Shown: piece after piece, positions 15,303 through 21,553 of the stretch
Numbering within the stretch: position 1 is the stretch's first letter
Layout: every line of letters starts with the position of its first letter
Assembly (NCBI GenBank): GCA_032249315.1
Contig: JAVVGB010000016.1
Span: 1-21,553 of the forward strand
Reading direction: 5' to 3'
DNA length: 21,553 bases
Source: Thermoproteota archaeon
Lineage (GTDB): Archaea > Thermoproteota > Thermoprotei > Gearchaeales > Gearchaeaceae
The notes under the pieces: generated by a model
What the model was told of the DNA's origin: nothing
Databases searched by the model: none
What the model saw: the letters and a program-made list of their open reading frames with translations, nothing else
Translations under genes and position numbers: made by a program

Positions 15303-15343
15303 ATTTAAAAGAATTACACTTCTTCTTGCGGATTTATTTTAGG

Positions 15344-15407
15344 CTGAATCTGAATTTTTAGGAATAAATTTAAGAAATTGTTTCATAAAATTGAATTTGA
15401 ATTTTCA
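15344..15407 (+). repeat. Two 17-nt direct repeats, each a TGAAT-N-TGAAT doublet, upstream of osmC
   Basis: cTGAATcTGAATTTTta (15344-15360) and tTGAATtTGAATTTTca (15391-15407) match at 14 of 17 positions and start 47 bp apart. The second copy abuts the putative osmC TATA box. Confidence 0.4.
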
Positions 15408-15409
15408 TG

Positions 15410-15420
15410 TTTTTATTTAA
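15410..15420 (+). promoter_or_regulatory. TATA-like box for osmC
   Basis: TTTTTATTTAA is centred about 25 nt upstream of the ATG at 15440. Confidence 0.4.
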
Positions 15421-15439
15421 TATTAATTAAATCTTAAGT

Positions 15440-15832
15440 ATGAGTGTTAAAGTCACATGGAAAGTTAATGAAGGATATATAGGCTACGATTCTAAAGGAA
15501 ACACCATAGAACTTGGTAAAGATAAATTTTCTCCAATGGAACTTTTATTAATTTCCTTAGCAGGATGTACAGCAATAGATGTTGTCGAAATATTAACTAA
15601 AATGAGGAAAAAAATAAAAGAAGTAAATGTCTATGTTGAAGGAGAAAGGAATGAAGAATATCCAAGATATTGGAAAAAAGCAAAAATAAAATATGAGATT
15701 TTAGGAGAAGATATCACAAATGCGGATGCTGAAAAAGCAATAAAGCTTTCAATGGATATTTATTGTTCAGTAGCTGCAACAATTTCAGGCAAGACTGAGA
15801 TATCTTATAGCTATGAAATTAAAAAAGTATAA
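15440..15832 (+). CDS. OsmC/Ohr family peroxiredoxin-like protein
   Basis: The two conserved Cys contexts, LAGCTAIDV and IYCSVAATI, are present. The 130 aa length is typical of the OsmC fold. Confidence 0.85.
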   Translation: MSVKVTWKVNEGYIGYDSKGNTIELGKDKFSPMELLLISLAGCTAIDVVEILTKMRKKIKEVNVYVEGERNEEYPRYWKKAKIKYEILGEDITNADAEKAIKLSMDIYCSVAATISGKTEISYSYEIKKV

Positions 15833-15895
15833 TTAAAAGTTAAGTTAAAAAATTACTTTTTCAAAAATATTAATTCTATTTCGTAATAATCTTTC

Positions 15896-16750
15896 ATGAA
15901 TATAGGATTTATAGGGCTTGGCAGAATGGGAAGTAGAATTGCAAAAAACTTACTTAAAGAATATGGAAATATTAACGTTTATAATAGAACAAAAGAAAAA
16001 GCAAAAGAACTAATTGAATTAGGAGCAAAGTTTTTTGATACTCCAAAAGAACTTGCTAAATATTCAAATGTTATATTTACAATAGTTTCAAATTCCGAAG
16101 CTGTAAAAGAAGTACTTTTAGGTTCCGAAGGTGCTTTTCATTCAGCTTCAAAGGATACATATTTTATAGATATGTCAACAATTGAACCAGATGTTTCAAT
16201 AGAAATCTACAATATAGCTAAACAAAAAGGATTTCATTTTTTAGATGCTCCATTAATTGGAAGTGTAGATGCTGCTGAAAAAGCAACTTTGACTATAATA
16301 GTAGGAGGTGATAAAGAAGATTTTGAACATGTTTTGTCAATATTACAAAAAATAGGCAAAAACATATTTTATGTAGGGCCTGCAGGAAGTGGTTCAAAAC
16401 TTAAATTAATAAATAACGTTTTAATTGCTAATACACCTGTCATATTTGGAGAAATTTTAAATATAGCTAAAAAATCAGGTCTAGATTTACAAGTAGTATT
16501 GAATGTATTAAAATCAGGAATTTTTGGACAAATTTTAACTTATTATGAAAATAGGATAGTATATAAAAACTTTTCTACTAGATTTAGTTTAGAATTAATG
16601 TTAAAAGATTTAAAATATGCAAAAAAATTAGCCTCAACGTTTAATTGCAAAACAGCTATTATAGATAGTCTAGTTCAAGTTTATGATGAAGCGTTTAAAA
16701 AAGGTTTATCGCAGCTAGATTATACTTCTGTAAGTACAGTTTTTGAATAA
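15896..16750 (+). CDS. NAD(P)-dependent beta-hydroxyacid dehydrogenase (3-hydroxyisobutyrate / 6-phosphogluconate dehydrogenase-like family)
   Basis: The Rossmann motif IGFIGLGRMGSRIA, DAPLIGS and the catalytic-Lys motif GSGSKLKLINN are present. Length is 284 aa. Confidence 0.85.
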   Translation: MNIGFIGLGRMGSRIAKNLLKEYGNINVYNRTKEKAKELIELGAKFFDTPKELAKYSNVIFTIVSNSEAVKEVLLGSEGAFHSASKDTYFIDMSTIEPDVSIEIYNIAKQKGFHFLDAPLIGSVDAAEKATLTIIVGGDKEDFEHVLSILQKIGKNIFYVGPAGSGSKLKLINNVLIANTPVIFGEILNIAKKSGLDLQVVLNVLKSGIFGQILTYYENRIVYKNFSTRFSLELMLKDLKYAKKLASTFNCKTAIIDSLVQVYDEAFKKGLSQLDYTSVSTVFE

Positions 16751-16763
16751 AAAATAAAAAATT

Positions 16764-17006
16764 TTAATAAGTTTCTATTACTACTGAAGTAGAAGTTTTT
16801 ATTACTCCAGGCACTGAAAGTATTCTTTCTTTGATTGTTTTGGACAATTCTGAGAAATCTTTTGCATCAAGCTCTACAACTAAATCAAATTCTCCTGTTA
16901 CTGCTTTTACTGATTTAGCGTTTTCTATTTTTTTAATTTCTGTACCTACTTTGTCAATCTTATTAGGCTCTACCACAACAAATACGTATGCTTCTACCAT
17001 AAACAA
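16764..17006 (-). CDS. Stand-alone Lrp/AsnC ligand-binding (RAM) domain protein
   Basis: This 80-aa protein has the beta-alpha-beta-beta-alpha-beta RAM pattern (AYVFVVVEP...VKAVTGEFDLVVEL...DFSELSKTIKERILSVPGVIKTSTSVVIE) and no helix-turn-helix domain. Confidence 0.8.
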   Translation of the reverse strand: MFMVEAYVFVVVEPNKIDKVGTEIKKIENAKSVKAVTGEFDLVVELDAKDFSELSKTIKERILSVPGVIKTSTSVVIETY

Positions 17007-17115
17007 ATTAATTTTTGTAAAGTATATAAATTTAAAGAGTTCATAAAGATTAATTTAAGCTTAAAAAATGTTATAACGCCTACTTTTTAATAAATTTCGT
17101 ACTATTTCATAAAAA

Positions 17116-18741
17116 TCAATTCCAACTAATTCTTTTAACTTTTTCAACATCAAAGCCTAATTTTTCTCCCCATTTTTCTATACTCCTTAGGATTGTATTA
17201 GCCCCAACAAAGGATAAAAACTGCATGAATATTTTAAAGAATGGATTTACGTTAAATACTTCTCTTGAAGCTCTTAATATTTCAATTAATGTATGTCTCC
17301 AACATCTGTATATTACTGCAAAAGAACCTTCATTTACTTGCTCATCTATATTAAAGAAACTTTTCTCTTTTAGTAATCCAACAGGAACGAAACTTAAAGG
17401 AGTAGCTGTAAAATGAGCTTTATTACCAACTTTTTTCGGCAACTCTTTTTCCATTCTATCAATAAATCTAACTGTATCCCAGCAATCTTCCTCAGTTTCT
17501 CCAGGTAAACCAATTATTAAAGTATATGCTGGGAACCAATAGTTATCATTTAATACTGCATTACCTTCCAATATTACTTCTTGCCATTCATCTGCATCAA
17601 AAGGTTTAGCCTTTAATGGCATATAGTTACTAAAAATTCTATTTGAGCCTGTTTCTAAGCCGCATTGAATTCCGATCCAATTTCTTGAATTAGCTCTAAG
17701 TATTTTAGATAAGTCTTTTATTAAATCAGGATCTGCTGCTGCAGCTGAAACGGTACCGTGTGTAGGATTCATATGCTCAACTCCTTTTATATCCATTATT
17801 GATTTAAACAAAGCTATCAATGCATCTCTATTGGGATAGAAATATTTTTTATCCTCTACTTCGTATAGAAATATATCTTCGCTATGTAACCAAACGCTAC
17901 CGTATCCTCCCAATCTTACATTTACCAACACTTCTTTTTTTATTTTCTCAATAGGCATATATCTTCCAACCCTTAGATTTGGCTCACAAAAATGACAATT
18001 CCTTCCGCATCCCCTCATAGCTTCTACAAAACCATGAGTAGCTGGACGAAGTATAGTAGGTATTTGATATATTTCAGGATGGCCTCTAGATTTTATTATT
18101 CTATTTAGTGATTTATCTAATGAAAGTATTTCAGAAACAATGTTGCCTCCATTTGTAGTGTAATAATATATATCTTCCTTCTCTATTTTAAGGAACAAAT
18201 CAGGCAATAAATGATCGATTTCACCCATTATTAAATGATCAATTTGAAGTTCATCTAAATAATTCCTCTTAACATCAAGTTGCCAAGCCCCACTTCCGCC
18301 CACTACAATTTTAAATTTTAAATTTCTTTTTCTCCTTATTTGTGCTACAGTTCTAACAAGTTTAAGAAAATAATATTTTGTATAAGCAGTATAATATCCT
18401 CCATAAGTAAACATCATCGATACTGGCCCTAAACCCAAAGGATCCATCGAATTTATTCCTACAATTTTTGTATCTTCATTTATGAACTTATGAATATGAT
18501 CAGGATGAACAACTGCAATCTCGTTTGGTTTATATCCTCTTAATAATCCAGCTTCTATTTTTCTTAAAGGATATGGAGCTCTTATTAATAAACCATTATA
18601 AGTAGGTAGTTGACCTGTAAGAAAATCATATAAGAACTTAGGTGTTTTTTCAACTGGAGCGCAACTAAAGAAATCAAGTAAGGGAATATGATGAAATTCT
18701 CCAGTTAATGTTTTATCACTTGTTAAAACAATTCGAACCAT
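17116..18741 (-). CDS. Radical SAM protein with an N-terminal B12-binding-like (Rossmann-type) domain, function unknown
   Basis: The CxxxCxxC cluster motif is in EAMRGCGRNCHFCEP (encoded around 17985-18010). The N-terminal KIVGINSMDPLGLGP...KIVVGGSGAWQ resembles the B12-binding-like domain of class-B-type radical SAM enzymes. Length is 541 aa. Confidence 0.75.
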   Translation of the reverse strand: MVRIVLTSDKTLTGEFHHIPLLDFFSCAPVEKTPKFLYDFLTGQLPTYNGLLIRAPYPLRKIEAGLLRGYKPNEIAVVHPDHIHKFINEDTKIVGINSMDPLGLGPVSMMFTYGGYYTAYTKYYFLKLVRTVAQIRRKRNLKFKIVVGGSGAWQLDVKRNYLDELQIDHLIMGEIDHLLPDLFLKIEKEDIYYYTTNGGNIVSEILSLDKSLNRIIKSRGHPEIYQIPTILRPATHGFVEAMRGCGRNCHFCEPNLRVGRYMPIEKIKKEVLVNVRLGGYGSVWLHSEDIFLYEVEDKKYFYPNRDALIALFKSIMDIKGVEHMNPTHGTVSAAAADPDLIKDLSKILRANSRNWIGIQCGLETGSNRIFSNYMPLKAKPFDADEWQEVILEGNAVLNDNYWFPAYTLIIGLPGETEEDCWDTVRFIDRMEKELPKKVGNKAHFTATPLSFVPVGLLKEKSFFNIDEQVNEGSFAVIYRCWRHTLIEILRASREVFNVNPFFKIFMQFLSFVGANTILRSIEKWGEKLGFDVEKVKRISWN

Positions 18742-18788
18742 AATGTAAAAAAATAATAGTTTATCATTGATATAAACTTTTCGTTATC

Positions 18789-18814
18789 TTTTTAATATTT
18801 GTCAATATTAAAAA
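18789..18814. promoter_or_regulatory. Perfect 11-4-11 inverted repeat in the radical-SAM / hyuA divergent promoter region (candidate operator overlapping the hyuA TATA box)
   Basis: TTTTTAATATT tgtc AATATTAAAAA. The right arm lies 29-39 nt upstream of the hyuA ATG (18843). Confidence 0.4.
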
Positions 18815-18842
18815 TTTAGGATGTTAAAATGATAAAAGGAAT

Positions 18843-20888
18843 ATGGTTAATAGGGCTACCTTATGTATAGATGTTGGAGGTACCTTTACTGATTATGTTA
18901 TGTTATTTAATGATGATATTATTACGTTTAAACTTCCTACAGAAACAAAGAGTCTAGAAAATATAATTTCAAATTTTTTAAATTTATTAAAAACCGATTT
19001 TAATGTTAAAGAATTAATCTATGTATCTACAATAGCTTCAAATTTACTTTTAGGACAACTGGGTATAGCGATGCCTAAAGTTTGTTTAATAACAACAAAA
19101 GGATTTAGAGATGTTATAGAAATAGGAAGACAAAATAGACCCGAGTTGTACAATTTATTCTTTGAGAAAAAGAAACCTTTGGTAGAAAGAAGATATAGGT
19201 TTGAAGTAAACGAAAGAGTAGATTCAAAAGGAAAAATAATTAAAGAAGTAGATGAGAAAGAAATTGAAGAGATAGCAAAAATAATAATTCAAAATAAAAT
19301 AGAAAGTGTTGCTATTTGTTATATTAATTCTTATGTTAATCCTTTTAACGAGTTTAAAACAAAAGAGCTACTTAAAAAGTTAATTCCCTATAATATTTAT
19401 ATAGTAACTTCATATGAAGTCTGTCCAGAAATAGGAGAATATGAAAGATTTTCCACTACTGTATTAAATGCTATATTAATGCCAGTTATGAGCTCTCATA
19501 TGGATAAATTATTGGAAGAAGCTAAAAAAAGAAAAATTAAAAAGTTTTATGTTATGGGTTCAATAGGAGGATTGTTAAGTTATGATAAAGTTTCCATGAA
19601 ACCTGTTTATACTATTGAATCAGGACCGATTGCAGGCATATTAGGTTCTTTATATTTATCAAAAATTTACAATCTTGATAATGTTGTTTCTTTTGATATG
19701 GGAGGCACAACAGCTAAGAGTTCTTTAATCCAAAATTTTTCTCCTTTTATAACTACGGAATATGAATTTGATTCAAGAAGAATAGGAGGACGTTCTTTAA
19801 AAGGAACAGGTTATCCTATAAAGATTCCTTTTATAGATATTGTTGAAGTTAGTGCAGGCGGAGGAACTATCGTTTGGATAGATGAAACAAATTCTCTTAA
19901 AGTAGGGCCTTTAAGTGCAGGTGCGGATCCAGGACCTGCTTGTTATGGTAAAAGTTTGATACCAACAATAACAGATGCTAATTTAATTTTAGGAAGACTT
20001 AGCGAAAAACTATTGGGTGGAAATATGATCGTTTATAAAGAAAGATCTATTAAGGCTTTTGAAAAGTTAAGTAAAAATTTGGGATTAAGCATCGAAGAAA
20101 CTGCTTATTCTGCTATAAAATTAATAAATTTTAAAATGGGAAAAGCTATTAAGATTATTGCGGTAGAAAGAGGAATTGAATCTCCTAAATTAACTTTAAT
20201 AGCTTACGGAGGAGCCGGCCCTATGCATGCTTGTGAAATATGCGAAGAACTTGGAATAGAAAACATAATCATACCAAGATATCCTGGACTATTTTCTTCT
20301 TTTTCTTTACTTTTCTCAGACATAAAATATGTTTATTCATCTAATATAATTAAAAAATTGGAAGATTTAAAAGTAGATGAAATTGACAAAAAATTTAAAG
20401 AATTAGAAAATTTAGCTAAAATAGATATTAAAAATGAAGAATTAAAAGAAATTATTTTTCAAAAATATTTAGATGTAAGATATTATAAACAGTCCTATGA
20501 GCTATTAATTCCTATAGAAAATATAGATGAAAAGTTTTTTGAAAATGTTAAAAATGCTTTTTACAAAAAACATAAAGAAATTTATGGTTGGAGCTATGAA
20601 GCACCTGTTGAAATTGTGAATATTAGATTGTACTTAATTGGAATCAGAGATAAACCAACGCTTAAAAAATATGAATTAAGTTATGAGAAAGCAAAAGAAA
20701 AAGATGTAAGAGAAGTGTACTTTAATGAGAACTTTGTAAAAACAAAAATATATTGGAGAGAAGATTTAAAAGCAGGTTATGAGATCGAAGGTCCTGCTAT
20801 AATTGAACAATATGATTCTACAGTCGTTATACCTCCAAATTGGATTTGTTTCGTTGATGAATATTTAAATCTTAGAATTAAAAAATGA
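18843..20888 (+). CDS. hyuA: Hydantoinase/oxoprolinase family, A (ATP-hydrolysing) subunit
   Basis: The N-terminus [78 protein letters not shown] and [10 protein letters not shown] are HyuA/OplA-N motifs. Length is 681 aa. Confidence 0.9.
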   Translation: MVNRATLCIDVGGTFTDYVMLFNDDIITFKLPTETKSLENIISNFLNLLKTDFNVKELIYVSTIASNLLLGQLGIAMPKVCLITTKGFRDVIEIGRQNRPELYNLFFEKKKPLVERRYRFEVNERVDSKGKIIKEVDEKEIEEIAKIIIQNKIESVAICYINSYVNPFNEFKTKELLKKLIPYNIYIVTSYEVCPEIGEYERFSTTVLNAILMPVMSSHMDKLLEEAKKRKIKKFYVMGSIGGLLSYDKVSMKPVYTIESGPIAGILGSLYLSKIYNLDNVVSFDMGGTTAKSSLIQNFSPFITTEYEFDSRRIGGRSLKGTGYPIKIPFIDIVEVSAGGGTIVWIDETNSLKVGPLSAGADPGPACYGKSLIPTITDANLILGRLSEKLLGGNMIVYKERSIKAFEKLSKNLGLSIEETAYSAIKLINFKMGKAIKIIAVERGIESPKLTLIAYGGAGPMHACEICEELGIENIIIPRYPGLFSSFSLLFSDIKYVYSSNIIKKLEDLKVDEIDKKFKELENLAKIDIKNEELKEIIFQKYLDVRYYKQSYELLIPIENIDEKFFENVKNAFYKKHKEIYGWSYEAPVEIVNIRLYLIGIRDKPTLKKYELSYEKAKEKDVREVYFNENFVKTKIYWREDLKAGYEIEGPAIIEQYDSTVVIPPNWICFVDEYLNLRIKK

Positions 20889-21553
20889 AAGTAATCTCTG
20901 AAATATTAGGCTATTCTTTGATATCTATTGTTGAAGAAATGGGAATTTCTTTAAGGAAATCTTCTTACTCTCATAATATTAAGGAAAGAGCAGATCATAG
21001 TTGCATAATTGCTGATAAGGAAGGTAAAATTTTAGCACAAGCTGAACATTTACCAGTACATTTAGGTTCATTTTATGTAGGTTTAAAGAATTTTATTGAT
21101 TACCTTAACAAAAATGATATAAAAATTGAAGAAGGAGACATGTTCATAGTTAACGATCCTTATATTATTGGAACTCATTTAAATGATGTTACTGTTATTA
21201 GACCAGTATTTTATTCCAATGAACTATTATTTTTTGTTGCAAATAAAGCCCATCATGTTGATATAGGAGGAATTTATGCTGGGGGAATAAATTGGAATTG
21301 TAGAAGCCTTTACGAAGAAGGAATTGTTATCGAGCCTGTAAAAATTATGAGAAAAAATAAATTATGTAAAGAAATATTAAAAGCAATAAAATTTAGAATA
21401 AGAACTTATGATATATTTGCTGGAGATCTTTTTGCTCAGATATCATCTAACATGCTAGGTGAAAGAAGATTAATAGAATTGATCAATAAATATAGTTTGC
21501 AAGTATTTAACAATGAAATCTTAAATTTTTTAGAAAATACTAAATTAAAAGTA
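20885..21553 (+). CDS. hyuB: Hydantoinase/oxoprolinase family, B subunit (3'-partial, runs off the window)
   Basis: This gene is not in the ORF track because no stop is reached. My translation from the ATG at 20885 (ATGA overlap with the hyuA stop) gives [62 protein letters not shown]...GDMFIVNDPYIIGTHLNDVTVIRPVF...KAHHVDIGG. These are Hydantoinase_B family motifs. Confidence 0.85.
   Translation, partial: MKVISEILGYSLISIVEEMGISLRKSSYSHNIKERADHSCIIADKEGKILAQAEHLPVHLGSFYVGLKNFIDYLNKNDIKIEEGDMFIVNDPYIIGTHLNDVTVIRPVFYSNELLFFVANKAHHVDIGGIYAGGINWNCRSLYEEGIVIEPVKIMRKNKLCKEILKAIKFRIRTYDIFAGDLFAQISSNMLGERRLIELINKYSLQVFNNEILNFLENTKLKV

Noticed and set aside
1-21553. tRNA, rRNA, other structured RNAs and CRISPR arrays.
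   Set aside because: No regularly spaced direct repeats are visible. No GC-rich islands stand out from the AT-rich background, as stable RNAs usually do in such genomes. All intergenic spacers are under about 140 bp and A/T-rich. A covariance-model scan (tRNAscan-SE or Infernal) would be needed to exclude small RNAs formally.

Overview
This is a very AT-rich, tightly packed chromosomal segment that looks archaeal. The evidence for that is A/T-only TATA-like boxes about 25-35 nt upstream of many start codons (leaderless or short-leader mRNAs), a XerA-type recombinase, an AbrB-PhoU fusion, DUF123, a stand-alone RAM-domain protein, GTP-PEPCK and coenzyme F420 genes. I can support 24 protein-coding genes, two of them cut by the window edges and one disrupted by a frame change. 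I saw no tRNA, rRNA, CRISPR array or clear mobile element, and no GC-rich islands that would suggest a structural RNA. The main result is a translationally coupled minus-strand operon, cofD / short Dus-like flavin TIM barrel / cofC / cofE / DUF123 (9318 to 5826). A FrhB-family F420-binding Fe-S protein lies about 2 kb away. The Dus-like gene, which has no C-terminal tRNA-binding extension, sits between cofD and cofC. I propose it as a candidate for the unassigned reduction step of archaeal F420 side-chain synthesis, either as a dehydro-F420-0 reductase or by reducing PEP to 2-phospholactate. This is inference from context only. Other items worth a second look: a 2OG-Fe(II) oxygenase split by a -1 frame change exactly at a formal X XXY YYZ heptamer (A AAG GGG); a pckG / HD-hydrolase / oxygenase operon with an ATGA overlap; a divergent LplA-like protein with a degenerate adenylate-binding glycine motif; a large B12-domain-like radical SAM gene placed divergently from hyuA/hyuB with a perfect 11-4-11 palindrome over the shared promoter; mirrored TATA boxes between the frhB-like gene and pckG; TGAAT repeats upstream of osmC; and three convergent gene pairs whose 3' ends overlap. 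All functional calls come from motif recognition by eye in the supplied translations. No database search was run.
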